64,000 nt of DNA from a virus, in the IMG/VR virus record IMGVR_UViG_3300020197_000008, positions 1 to 64,000 of that record; one strand, 5' to 3'. Below are positions 1 through 9,185 of this stretch, piece after piece. Under the pieces are notes generated by a model. The model made no database searches. It saw only the letters and a list, made by a program, of their open reading frames with translations, and was not told where the DNA came from. How positions within the stretch are numbered: the stretch's first letter is position 1; every line of letters begins with the position of its first letter. The position numbers and the translations under genes are program-made.

Positions 1-2
1 CT

Positions 3-101
3 TTTAGGGTGTTCACAAAATTATCAGACCGATATGAGATGTTTAAGCAGTCTCAATCTAAAGAAAGAATTTTAAAACTTATTCAAAAACAACTTATTTA
101 G
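3..101 (+). CDS. 3' end of an upstream hypothetical protein (partial)
   Basis: Open frame from the window edge, FRVFTKLSDRYEMFKQSQSKERILKLIQKQLI, ending in TAG at 99-101 immediately before a TACTATA motif. Confidence 0.55.
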   Translation, partial: FRVFTKLSDRYEMFKQSQSKERILKLIQKQLI

Positions 102-108
102 TACTATA
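102..108 (+). promoter_or_regulatory. putative phage late promoter element TACTATA
   Basis: The same 7-mer occurs in four intergenic gaps before structural genes (102, 425, 4691, 63574). Here it lies 5 nt before the ATG at 114, suggesting a near-leaderless mRNA. Confidence 0.5.
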
Positions 109-113
109 TACTT

Positions 114-398
114 ATGCTTTATAATGAAACTATAGCCTACGGTCAACCTGGTGTTAGCTACATTGGCTCCCTGGTTATTAAAATAGCTTCAATTCCCCTA
201 CCAATTATACTGAATAGTATTAATATAGTTTTTGGCGGTTCTGCGGATTATTCAAATAGAACCACAATAGCAGTTTTGAGCATAGATGTCGCCCCTGATG
301 GAGTAATAACCATTGAAACCGTTGAAAAGAATCTTTCAGCACTTACTTCAATTGAAACCGTAACGATATACGAGGGCAATATAATTGGACTAGACTAA
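114..398 (+). CDS. small hypothetical (probably virion) protein, 94 aa
   Basis: ORF track; beta-rich composition; lies at the head of the structural cluster. Confidence 0.7.
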   Translation: MLYNETIAYGQPGVSYIGSLVIKIASIPLPIILNSINIVFGGSADYSNRTTIAVLSIDVAPDGVITIETVEKNLSALTSIETVTIYEGNIIGLD

Positions 399-424
399 TT
401 CTCTATAAATGTTATTTTTTACGG

Positions 425-431
425 TACTATA
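425..431 (+). promoter_or_regulatory. putative phage late promoter element TACTATA
   Basis: Intergenic, 31 nt upstream of the ATG at 463, followed by a GGGGA SD-like sequence. Confidence 0.5.
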
Positions 432-462
432 GTTGCCTGACCAGTAGAATGGGGATTATCTT

Positions 463-1353
463 ATGCCTGCCATTTATGTAAACGACACTGTTCGTTTTAG
501 GGTTAAATTTGTAGACGTTGATGCTTCCGGAAACGAAGTCCCCGTAGAGCCAGTATCTGTTCTTTTCACGTTGCTTAATTCCAGTAATGTTATTCTATTA
601 TCGCTGGTTCCAACAGCACTAACACCTTCGGAATATTACTATGATTATACCCCAACGTCGGCTGGAACCTATAAGGTGACTTTTATAGGAACACTTGCTG
701 GCAATAAAACCATTAACGTTAACCAACAGGTATATGTCAGTACTCCAGAACAGGATTATAAGCCAACTGTATTTTTAAGAGAAGACGAAGTAATCGCTTT
801 TGCCCCAGACGTAGAGCCGCTGTATGTAGATCCAGAAGAGCTACTGCCCTATTTCCCAGATGCACCTTTGATCGAAATAGGGGAATATGTCCATCTCTAT
901 TCTGTGGAAGTAAAGAGCATTTTAAATTTATTAGACACTGAAGATGGAAGTAGTCTTAACACCACCGCTCTTGAATATATTAAGGCCGGTACTGCTTGTG
1001 AGTTGTCTAGAGTTTACGGTGGTGGTGGCGATGACGAATTGTCCGTAAGATTAGGCGACCTATCAATAACTAACAGAAATCTTCCAAGAAATACTTTAAG
1101 TAGAGCAAATGCAACTACGTGGTGTCAGATAGCTGCAGTCTTAAGAAAAGAATTACTTGCGCAAAAAGTTGGAATACGAGCAATTCAACCCAAAGGTCTC
1201 CCCACAATGCCCACGGTAAGCTCTGGAAGAGCCGTAGATCCATACACTGGTTCTACTGTGTATTTGTCAGATAAGGATATCTATGGCCCCAATGCATTGA
1301 TAACACCAAAGGAGAATCCAATTCCAGAAAGGGGACTAAGAAAGCATGATTAG
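463..1353 (+). CDS. putative head-tail adaptor/neck protein with N-terminal Ig-like domain
   Basis: N-terminal beta-sandwich (YYYDYTPTSAGTYKVTF). The C-terminal helical region with SVRLGDLSIT resembles head-tail connectors. Lies before the closure and sheath genes. Confidence 0.55.
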   Translation: MPAIYVNDTVRFRVKFVDVDASGNEVPVEPVSVLFTLLNSSNVILLSLVPTALTPSEYYYDYTPTSAGTYKVTFIGTLAGNKTINVNQQVYVSTPEQDYKPTVFLREDEVIAFAPDVEPLYVDPEELLPYFPDAPLIEIGEYVHLYSVEVKSILNLLDTEDGSSLNTTALEYIKAGTACELSRVYGGGGDDELSVRLGDLSITNRNLPRNTLSRANATTWCQIAAVLRKELLAQKVGIRAIQPKGLPTMPTVSSGRAVDPYTGSTVYLSDKDIYGPNALITPKENPIPERGLRKHD

Positions 1354-1714
1354 TCCTCAAAAAACTTTTAAAAATATATTAAGTCAGTGGGGACATAATG
1401 TATTATTTCAAAGACTAATGGATTCAAAAAAGATGAAATATGAATCAAAATTACAAAGATATACAACAAGATCTTATTATCCTGGATCTAGTGGATTCGC
1501 AAACGCAATGGAAGAAAAAACACAAGGTTTGACAGTTTCTTCTGAGATTATATATTACCTGCAGGATTTTGTAAATCCAAAATCAGGAGATAGAATTTAT
1601 GAAGAACTTCCAACTGGAAATGAAATATTCAAAATAGACTTTGCTGCTCCCGTGAGGGGCAGGGGTGGCAAAATCGTGTATTGGATTGCCGGAGCAACAA
1701 GAGAAGAGAGTTAA
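1346..1714 (+). CDS. putative head-closure (stopper) protein
   Basis: 122 aa, overlaps the previous stop. The pattern ...YYLQDFVNPKSGDRIYE...FKIDFAAPVRGRGGKIVYW resembles head-closure proteins; synteny agrees. Confidence 0.55.
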   Translation: MISPQKTFKNILSQWGHNVLFQRLMDSKKMKYESKLQRYTTRSYYPGSSGFANAMEEKTQGLTVSSEIIYYLQDFVNPKSGDRIYEELPTGNEIFKIDFAAPVRGRGGKIVYWIAGATREES

Positions 1715-3820
1715 ATGCTTAGAGCAACTTCTGGTCAAATAGTAAATTTTAGATTTGGTTTTCTTTCTGAAAACTCATATTATGATCCGATATCTAATTC
1801 GCCCCCAGTGGACGTTGTGGCGTCTGTACTTAGGGGGTTGGACGGATATGGTGAAACTATTGAGTCAACAAAATCTCTTTTAAAAACAAGCTATAAAATA
1901 ACATCTATCAATATAGTTTCCGCTTCTCAAATAACTAATCCGCAAAATCCTAATTTCGGATATGCCGTAGTGTCTTACACTTTTTCTCAAGTGCATTATT
2001 TCCAAAATGCAGACAAAGTCATTGTTTATGGGGCAAATGCAACATGTAATGGAGAATATGAAATCTGCGAAATAGTAAACACCTACACAGTAAATGCAAG
2101 AAAAAAAACGTCAACCCCAATCAATATTACTGGAATTGATTTGAGTTCTAACTCCGTAAGAATAACAGAAAAAAACAACGCGTATTTCAAAAAAGTCTCT
2201 TCATCTGAATATAATTTTACCTATACTGTACCAAAAATAATAGAATCAGGATATTATACTGCAATTATACAAACCGCAAACGGATCAGAAACAAAAACAA
2301 TAAAGCATCGTTTTGAAGTTGTTTCTAAAAATTTTTTTAAAACAGGAAAAATAATAGAAAAACAACTAAAAGACAATGTTGTAACGTTAAAAACAGACAC
2401 TCCTCATTATGTAGAAATTGGCGAATATGTATCCATAAAAGGAATAGATCCAATATTGGAGGGAACTTTTCAAATAAATAGCGTTCCATCAGATGATATC
2501 TTAGAATTTAATCATTCGAGTAGCCAATTAATACAGTTGTCATCGGCCTTTGGTAGTTATTCGGTAAAAAATACTACTGGAACATCTAGCGAATTGACTG
2601 GTCCAACTGGTGGAACATCGATAGCGGTGAGACCAATATATGCAGTCATGGATCAGGTGGATACAAATTCAATTCTTTTAATTGGACACTCAGATGGTAT
2701 TGAAATCAATGAGTTGTATCACGTTTCTTCCGTTCAAGAAGCTGTTAATCTCTTGGGGGCAGATAATCAATCACCACTGCTCAGGGGTGTTTTTGACGCC
2801 TACAGTTGCGGCGCTAAAAGTATATACATAATGTGCTCGGCAAGAATGTCCGAATATGTATCCGATGTTTCAAAAAGGCTGGACGTAACTCCAAATCTCA
2901 TCTCTGAAAATACATCTGATCCTGTAAACTTTTATCAAAAATATTACGAAAGATTATCCGTTTCATACAATATTGCTAAAAACTTTGAACTTATAGATAT
3001 AGTTGTTCCCCTTGAAACATCCATACTTGGAACTGGCTCGGTTGACTTTGTCACTCAATTAGCCCTGCACTGCCACAACTTTCATGAAAATACTAACTAT
3101 GTTCAGATGGGAATTATAGGCTCTAGATCTAATGGAATAAAAGAATCCGATATAGATATTCTTGAAGCAAATCCGATATTTGCTCAAAAAATGACTACAT
3201 ACAATGCAGATGGCGTAATTTCTTCCGACATTGGCAGGTATGTAATACCGATATATGGTGAATTGGTTTTCTCTCATGCAACCTTCCTTACCTCGTACGT
3301 CAGCAGCGCCGCTGCAGCTTTTGCTGGAACAATGTCTTCTACTCCCGTTTATTCTGGAATGATCAGGGCAAAAATTCCCGGAGCTTTGTCGGTGTTTGGT
3401 ACTAACTTTTCTAGGAGTGGTTACTCAAGATTAGACAATCTCGGGATTAATACAGTTTACAGAACCAGAAGAGGTCAAAGGGGAAATCCTTATGAGGCTC
3501 GTTTTTCAAACGATTACACGATGGCGAATAGATTAAGCACATTAACAAAAGCTCCACAAATGAGGCTGATTGCGATGTTGGTAAGTGAGATAAACAATAT
3601 ATCAAATGATGGTATCGGAAAAAATTCAGAAGAGAAGGTTATAAGTCAGGTGGAAAACCTACTGCAATTACTGCTTGGCACAAGGGTGGTTAAAGACTAT
3701 AAGCTCCAAACCTATGCATCAAAAACAGAAAGAGGTTTTTTAATATTTGAGATAAATCTGGTTTCTTCTTTGGGTTTAAAAAACATAAATTTTTCGGTTA
3801 CAACAGGGCCAAGGTCTTAG
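1715..3820 (+). CDS. tail sheath-family protein with two N-terminal beta-repeat domains
   Basis: The C-terminal ~390 aa resemble the 4740 sheath (LLIGHSDG, LDNLGINTV, QMRLIAML, FEINLVSSLGLKNI). The N-terminus has two related units (VHYFQNADKVIVYG..NGEYEI; PHYVEIGEYVSIKG..EGTFQI). Confidence 0.65.
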   Translation: MLRATSGQIVNFRFGFLSENSYYDPISNSPPVDVVASVLRGLDGYGETIESTKSLLKTSYKITSINIVSASQITNPQNPNFGYAVVSYTFSQVHYFQNADKVIVYGANATCNGEYEICEIVNTYTVNARKKTSTPINITGIDLSSNSVRITEKNNAYFKKVSSSEYNFTYTVPKIIESGYYTAIIQTANGSETKTIKHRFEVVSKNFFKTGKIIEKQLKDNVVTLKTDTPHYVEIGEYVSIKGIDPILEGTFQINSVPSDDILEFNHSSSQLIQLSSAFGSYSVKNTTGTSSELTGPTGGTSIAVRPIYAVMDQVDTNSILLIGHSDGIEINELYHVSSVQEAVNLLGADNQSPLLRGVFDAYSCGAKSIYIMCSARMSEYVSDVSKRLDVTPNLISENTSDPVNFYQKYYERLSVSYNIAKNFELIDIVVPLETSILGTGSVDFVTQLALHCHNFHENTNYVQMGIIGSRSNGIKESDIDILEANPIFAQKMTTYNADGVISSDIGRYVIPIYGELVFSHATFLTSYVSSAAAAFAGTMSSTPVYSGMIRAKIPGALSVFGTNFSRSGYSRLDNLGINTVYRTRRGQRGNPYEARFSNDYTMANRLSTLTKAPQMRLIAMLVSEINNISNDGIGKNSEEKVISQVENLLQLLLGTRVVKDYKLQTYASKTERGFLIFEINLVSSLGLKNINFSVTTGPRS

Positions 3821-3821
3821 T

Positions 3822-4628
3822 ATGCAATCTGCGTTTCCATTTCCAGAAAGAATCGACGAAGATCTCTTGGCAGAATCGACAAGGCAGAGTCAGGTTTCTG
3901 ACTTTGATAGACAGGTAATAACCAAACCGCATCAGTTCCACAACACTGATGCCAAAAGAATGAAGGCAGATGGAAACTTAAGTTATCTGGAATTCATAGA
4001 GGTCGTAAAAATGTTGTGGGAAAATTCCCATCCCGATATACCGATAGTAGCTACATTTGGTGGAGCCTTCGCCCTATATCCCTGTATAGCCTATGGAATA
4101 GAGCTAAAAAGATCTCACTCTCAAGAACCAAAAATGAGATACAGAGACAAGGTTCTTGGGGAGGATGGAAAATTCTATATAATAGAAGGACAAAGGTTTC
4201 AAAATTTAATATCATTTACGGTCATTGTTCAGGCAAATGCAGCAAGTATCACTGGAGATGACAAAAGATACGTTGGAGCCGAAGTTGCAGATAGGGTCAT
4301 GGAAAGATTTGAGGATTTCATGCTTGAGTATACTCCTGTTTTTAAAAAATTAGGAGCCTCTGAATTCGTTTACGCAAGAAGATCTTCTGATTTAGAGACA
4401 AACATGGATCAAACAGATGTGGTAAAAAGAACAGTAATGTACATGTTAACAACCGAAAAACTAGCTGTATTTGCAGTAGACGCAGTAGAGAAGCTGGCTA
4501 TTGACGTTAGACAGTATATTGCAAATCAAACTCATAGTTCAAGCTATAGGTTAAATCAAACTATTTATGAGGATAGATTTGAGTCAAATATGGTTGATTT
4601 AAATCAAACAGCAACACCAAACTTTTAA
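3822..4628 (+). CDS. putative tail terminator/completion protein
   Basis: 268 aa directly before the main sheath gene; alpha/beta pattern (GQRFQNLISFTV...ADRVMERFEDFM). Confidence 0.5.
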   Translation: MQSAFPFPERIDEDLLAESTRQSQVSDFDRQVITKPHQFHNTDAKRMKADGNLSYLEFIEVVKMLWENSHPDIPIVATFGGAFALYPCIAYGIELKRSHSQEPKMRYRDKVLGEDGKFYIIEGQRFQNLISFTVIVQANAASITGDDKRYVGAEVADRVMERFEDFMLEYTPVFKKLGASEFVYARRSSDLETNMDQTDVVKRTVMYMLTTEKLAVFAVDAVEKLAIDVRQYIANQTHSSSYRLNQTIYEDRFESNMVDLNQTATPNF

Positions 4629-4690
4629 TTTAAAATATATAATTTTTTCATTGATAAGTAAAATCTAGTTCATTTTTATAGGTTGTTCAT

Positions 4691-4697
4691 TACTATA
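4691..4697 (+). promoter_or_regulatory. putative phage late promoter element TACTATA
   Basis: In the 111-nt gap before the sheath gene, followed by a GGAGG SD. Confidence 0.55.
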
Positions 4698-4739
4698 TGT
4701 TTTGAGTTATATAGGTCGTTACTCGGAGGTTAAAATCCA

Positions 4740-5975
4740 ATGGCATTACCAGGTGTAAAAACAATAATTAAAGATCGCTTTTATAGCGTCTCTCGTTCAG
4801 ATAGTCCAGTTGGCCCAAGGGTCGTAGTCCTTGCTAAGAGGAACACCCAAAATGGTCATGAAAACGTGGCCGATCTTGACGTAGTGCCAGTCACAAATGA
4901 GGGTGACATTGTCGCTGCCTTCGGTGTCGACTCGCACTGTCACAGAGCATTTGTAGAGTTGGTTGCAGGCGGCGCAGAAAGAATTCATATAGTGCCACTA
5001 CCAAGCGACACTACGTGGAACAACGCCACTGGCTCGGTAACAAGCACATCTTTTGGTGGAAGCGTTTTTGATGCAGCGTTTGCTGCAGCAGAAAGCGCTC
5101 TTCCCGATATCATAGTTCCTTGGGGAAGAGGCGCCAGCCCATATGAATGGGGGGCCACTCCCTCAAGTCCAGATTTTGGTTTCTTTGCCGACAACACATC
5201 TACCGCAGCATCAAGCTGGGTATACAAGGTTGCAAGTGCGGTTAAATCAATTAATGAAAATTCTCATCCCTGCTTTGCTGTAATGGGCGTTAAGCCATAC
5301 ACTGGAACAAACAACGTAATGACTCCAGCGCAAGTTGCAACTCACTTGGGTTTGTCGAATCTTCCAAACCGTAACTCTGATGAAACACTTGGTCAACTCG
5401 GTCGCCATGTAATGGTTGTCGCTACCGAAATTAAACCATCGGTTCCAAGTCACTCAGAATCTTGGGGTTGGTCAAACGGCGCATGCGCCACTGCAGCCGC
5501 AATGAGTAGAATGGCATCGTACATTTCCACCATAAACAAAACGGTTTACAGTGTTTCGGCACTTAGATACAATGCAACAAAAACAGTGCTTACCGCTTTG
5601 TCAGACAAGGGTGTTAATTCAATCACGTTGAACTTCAACAAAGCACCAATTTTCTCAGATGGAGTTACATTTGCAAATTCTAGCTCTGATTATGTAAGAC
5701 TTACTACGGTAAGAATAGTCAATGAGGCAACCCTGCTTGTTCGTCAAGCATGCATGAAGTTTATAGGTCAGCCTTCAACGATACAGATTAGAAATTCGAT
5801 GGATACAGCAATAGGTTCTGCGCTTTCGGGAATGATTAAACTTGGAGCAATACTTGATAGTGATTTCAATATTAAGTATATTGCAAACGAAAGCAAGGCT
5901 TTGGTTGACCTAGTGTTGACACCAGCATTTGAACTTAGAAATATTGAAGTTCAAATTGCAGTCGACCTCGGCTAA
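4740..5975 (+). CDS. major tail sheath protein
   Basis: Starts MALPGVKTII. The C-terminal sheath domain reads LSDKGVNSI..SDYVRLTTVRIV..FIGQP..VDLVLTPAFELRNIEV. Strong GGAGG SD. Confidence 0.85.
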   Translation: MALPGVKTIIKDRFYSVSRSDSPVGPRVVVLAKRNTQNGHENVADLDVVPVTNEGDIVAAFGVDSHCHRAFVELVAGGAERIHIVPLPSDTTWNNATGSVTSTSFGGSVFDAAFAAAESALPDIIVPWGRGASPYEWGATPSSPDFGFFADNTSTAASSWVYKVASAVKSINENSHPCFAVMGVKPYTGTNNVMTPAQVATHLGLSNLPNRNSDETLGQLGRHVMVVATEIKPSVPSHSESWGWSNGACATAAAMSRMASYISTINKTVYSVSALRYNATKTVLTALSDKGVNSITLNFNKAPIFSDGVTFANSSSDYVRLTTVRIVNEATLLVRQACMKFIGQPSTIQIRNSMDTAIGSALSGMIKLGAILDSDFNIKYIANESKALVDLVLTPAFELRNIEVQIAVDLG

Positions 5976-6026
5976 TCAAATAAATAAAAAATAAACTGCA
6001 CTTTATAAGTACCGATTGGAGGGTAT

Positions 6027-6716
6027 ATGGCAGGCGAATACTATGATAGCCCAGTAAACAAGTATCTTAATACATACACAACGTTTTCTGGTGCAGATAT
6101 TGTTGCCACTTTTGGTGGCGTAGAAATTGGAGCTCTTTCTGGAATTACGTTTTCAGTAACGAGAGAAAAGGCTCCTATATACACGATGGGTTCACCAAAC
6201 CCTCGTTCTTTTTCAAGAGGAAAAAGAGGAATTGCTGGATCATTGATTTTCACAGTCTTTGATCGTCCAGCACTTTATCAGATGTTGGAAACACATCACA
6301 ACACCTCTACTGAAATGAAGTTCTTTACCAGGGCTCACAATACCCTTCCCGGCGATCCAGCTCATAGAAGAGGAATAGCCGAAGTTTCAGAACAGTTGAG
6401 AGACGTTGTGTCCAAGACACCGTATTATGCAGATCAAATTCCTCCGTTTGACATTACAATTACATTTGTTAATGAATACGGACAGGCCGCTGTGCGTTCA
6501 ATATATGGATGTGAGCTTTTGAATGAGGGCTCAGGCGCTTCAATGGATGATATAGTCATAGAAGAAACTATGACCTATGTTGCTCGTGAACTGGGTCCAA
6601 TGTATAAAATCGCCTCTGATCAGCTTGATAAGTTCAATGTTGATGATCTTGGTGCATTGATTAACAAAGACGTAGTAACGGCTAGCGGATTGAATTCGGC
6701 AATAGTCAGACCATAA
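6027..6716 (+). CDS. major tail tube protein
   Basis: Follows the sheath. Motifs FSGADI, ITFSVTREKAPIYTMG, RGKRGIAGSLIF, PPFDITITFVNEYG and EETMTYVAR are typical of large-myovirus tube proteins. GGAGG SD. Confidence 0.8.
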   Translation: MAGEYYDSPVNKYLNTYTTFSGADIVATFGGVEIGALSGITFSVTREKAPIYTMGSPNPRSFSRGKRGIAGSLIFTVFDRPALYQMLETHHNTSTEMKFFTRAHNTLPGDPAHRRGIAEVSEQLRDVVSKTPYYADQIPPFDITITFVNEYGQAAVRSIYGCELLNEGSGASMDDIVIEETMTYVARELGPMYKIASDQLDKFNVDDLGALINKDVVTASGLNSAIVRP

Positions 6717-6734
6717 TAAATAGGGCCTGAGTAA

Positions 6735-6777
6735 TTGTTTGATGGTAGAGACGCAGGTTGGTCCTACCATCAAATAA
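6735..6777 (+). terminator. stem-loop after the major tube gene (terminator/attenuator or processing site)
   Basis: Perfect 11-bp inverted repeat TTTGATGGTAG (6738-6748) / CTACCATCAAA (6764-6774), extendable by 3 bp; only a short U tract downstream. Confidence 0.55.
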
Positions 6778-6797
6778 CACTTTTCTAAAGAGGAAAA

Positions 6798-7553
6798 ATG
6801 CCCTTTGTAAATGAAGAGATTGCAGATACGGCAAATCTTTCTGGTCTATCCAAAAGAAAAACAAGACTATCTGTTTATCAAGATTCCATAAAAGAATATA
6901 GGAAGCACAACTTTCTTCCAGATCCTTTTTCGGATATGTCTTTTTCTGGCGCAGACATACACGCCACCCTGGTTATACCAAAGATAGGGGAAGATGGATA
7001 CATTACCAATGACGGTGATGTGATTGAATTAGCTGAACTTCAAACAATATCCTATTCAATACACAGGGAAAACTCCCCCGTAAGAACCCTTGGCCATGTC
7101 AACCCAAGGGGCTTTGTTAAGGGCGGAAGAACAATTGCCGGAAGCATGATTTTCACTCAATTTAATGAATATGCGTTTTATAGAATAGACGCATACAGAA
7201 GAATACTTGCCAATACAAATGGCTTTTATGCTCCCTTGGCTGACATGCTTCCACCTTTCGACGTAGTTTTTACAATGTTCAATGAATATGGAATGGCTTC
7301 AAAAATGAAAATATATGGAATTACCATAGTCGATGAAGGCTCCACCCTATCTATAGATGACCTAATTGTAGAACAAACATACACCTATATGGCTAGGGGA
7401 ATACAGCCAATGATACAATTGGATACTGCAAATGATGACTTTACATATCCTCAGGGTCAAAGGGACGAAAGGTTGAAAATAAGTCAAAATGTTTTTGGAG
7501 ACGACGTAATGAACTATTCAAATTTTATGGAAAGAATATACAGACCAGAGTAA
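6798..7553 (+). CDS. tail tube-family paralog 2
   Basis: Shares FSGADI, ISYSIHRE..PVRTLG, GGRTIAGSMIF, PPFDV..NEYG and EQTYTYMAR with 6027. Confidence 0.75.
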   Translation: MPFVNEEIADTANLSGLSKRKTRLSVYQDSIKEYRKHNFLPDPFSDMSFSGADIHATLVIPKIGEDGYITNDGDVIELAELQTISYSIHRENSPVRTLGHVNPRGFVKGGRTIAGSMIFTQFNEYAFYRIDAYRRILANTNGFYAPLADMLPPFDVVFTMFNEYGMASKMKIYGITIVDEGSTLSIDDLIVEQTYTYMARGIQPMIQLDTANDDFTYPQGQRDERLKISQNVFGDDVMNYSNFMERIYRPE

Positions 7554-7557
7554 CCGT

Positions 7558-8574
7558 ATGTCGCAACCGTATAAAGCAGACCCCTATAGGCCATTTACCG
7601 GGTATATTCCTCATGAAGAGTCAATATCAAATAGGCCAGGATTAAGAAATCTTGACGGTAGCTTTGATCCAGCCAATGCAGAATTAGATTTAAAATGGGC
7701 GGGTCGTTCCGCTAAAGACAACACCTTTAGTAATTACTACGATTACTTTTTTTCTGGAGAAGACATAAGAGTTTTTGTAGATGGATTGTTTGACGAATCA
7801 GACGAGTTAGATATTGCAGGGTTTGGTTTTTTGATAAAGCAGGAAAAACAGGCGGTTTATGGTTTTTGGTCTTACAATTTTGATACAATCATGAATGGAA
7901 CTAGGATAGTAACTGGTCAGTTTTCTTTGTTTTCCAGACATCCCAGAAAAATGACAGAGATTCTTGAGAAAGCGGCAAAAGCTAGAGTAAATTCTATTTC
8001 TTCCAAAAAAGATTCCACTGGAGTTGTATCTTTAATGAAATCACAAAATGAATCTAGACAGGATGAGCAGAATATAGAAAAATATTGGGCAAATAGTCAG
8101 CTAGATAGAATTACAATGGATCCAGCCAGAATAGGTGGATCTAGTGGCGAGGCTCGCAACATATTTAGTGCTCATCCGCCTTTTAATTTTATTATAATGT
8201 TTGGAGTAGAAGACTCTAGTCTTTCAACCGTTACAGTTTCTAGTAATAAAGCAGTAGGCTCCCTTTCCCAAAGGGATAATCTTGATAGGATAATGTCAAC
8301 AGACAGAAATGAAAGAAAAATAAAAATTTCTGGTTCAAACAATAAAATGAAAATTGTTTTACAAAACGTGCATCTTCTTCAAATGACAACTGAGTATCAG
8401 CCTGGAGGCGCTCCTTTGATAGAAAATTATGGTTTTGTTGCAAGAGACTTTTATTTTACAGAAGCAGGAACCAGCATTAATCCGTATACTGGCCAAAGGG
8501 TGTCAATACCTGTAACGCAAAATAGAACAAATCGCACCTCTGAACCAAAAGATAGCCCGGTTCAATTCGAATAA
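7558..8574 (+). CDS. tail tube-family paralog 3 (divergent)
   Basis: FSGEDI, KQEKQAVYG, GTRIVTGQF, PPFNFII and ENYGFVARD match the tube motif set. Confidence 0.65.
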   Translation: MSQPYKADPYRPFTGYIPHEESISNRPGLRNLDGSFDPANAELDLKWAGRSAKDNTFSNYYDYFFSGEDIRVFVDGLFDESDELDIAGFGFLIKQEKQAVYGFWSYNFDTIMNGTRIVTGQFSLFSRHPRKMTEILEKAAKARVNSISSKKDSTGVVSLMKSQNESRQDEQNIEKYWANSQLDRITMDPARIGGSSGEARNIFSAHPPFNFIIMFGVEDSSLSTVTVSSNKAVGSLSQRDNLDRIMSTDRNERKIKISGSNNKMKIVLQNVHLLQMTTEYQPGGAPLIENYGFVARDFYFTEAGTSINPYTGQRVSIPVTQNRTNRTSEPKDSPVQFE

Positions 8575-8595
8575 TTGTGGTTTTTTATTTTGTTA

Positions 8596-8604
8596 TGATA
8601 TAAT
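8596..8604 (+). promoter_or_regulatory. host-type extended -10 promoter (TGATATAAT)
   Basis: TGnTATAAT consensus in the AT-rich gap before 8636, followed by an AAGGAG SD. Confidence 0.5.
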
Positions 8605-8635
8605 GAATATATATAATTAAAATAAGGAGACAAAA

Positions 8636-9184
8636 ATGTCAGATGTTAAAAAAATAGTTGTACGCAGAGATCAAAATTTAGCTGCAAAATTAAATGCAGA
8701 TACAGCGGATGTTGTTTTGGAAACTGAAGAGGAAATGAGTTCGGATCTTTTGGTGACAGAGTATTCTGATTCTGACTCTGATTCGCCAGCAGAAACTCCT
8801 CCATCTCGAGTAGAGGATTTGGCAGATGATATTCCCATCTTTGAAAACGGTCCTACGGCTGGTCAAATTAAGCAGTGGAAAAAGCAGTACGGTGAGGTAT
8901 ATGTAACTTCTCTGTCTTTTGACAAGCACATAGTTTGGAGGGTGCTTTCAAGAATAGAGTATAAGCAGCTCGTAAAGAAAATGGAGTCGCTAGTGCAGGC
9001 GGGTCAGATAACAAACGCCGAAGCAAATATGTGGAACGAAGAATCGATATCCGAACTATGTATTCTATATCCAGGATACGACAAGGCTGCTTTAACCGCA
9101 GATATGGCGGGTCTTCCTTCTCTGATTTCACAAGAAGTGCTAGAGGCTTCTGGCTTTGTTGCCCTAGAGGTTCGTCAGCTATAA
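8636..9184 (+). CDS. tail assembly chaperone 1
   Basis: Lies between the tube genes and the tape-measure region. Motifs WKKQYGEVY..WRVLSRIEYK..CILYP..AGLPSLISQEVLEASGF; acidic N-terminus. Confidence 0.7.
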   Translation: MSDVKKIVVRRDQNLAAKLNADTADVVLETEEEMSSDLLVTEYSDSDSDSPAETPPSRVEDLADDIPIFENGPTAGQIKQWKKQYGEVYVTSLSFDKHIVWRVLSRIEYKQLVKKMESLVQAGQITNAEANMWNEESISELCILYPGYDKAALTADMAGLPSLISQEVLEASGFVALEVRQL

Positions 9185-9185
9185 G

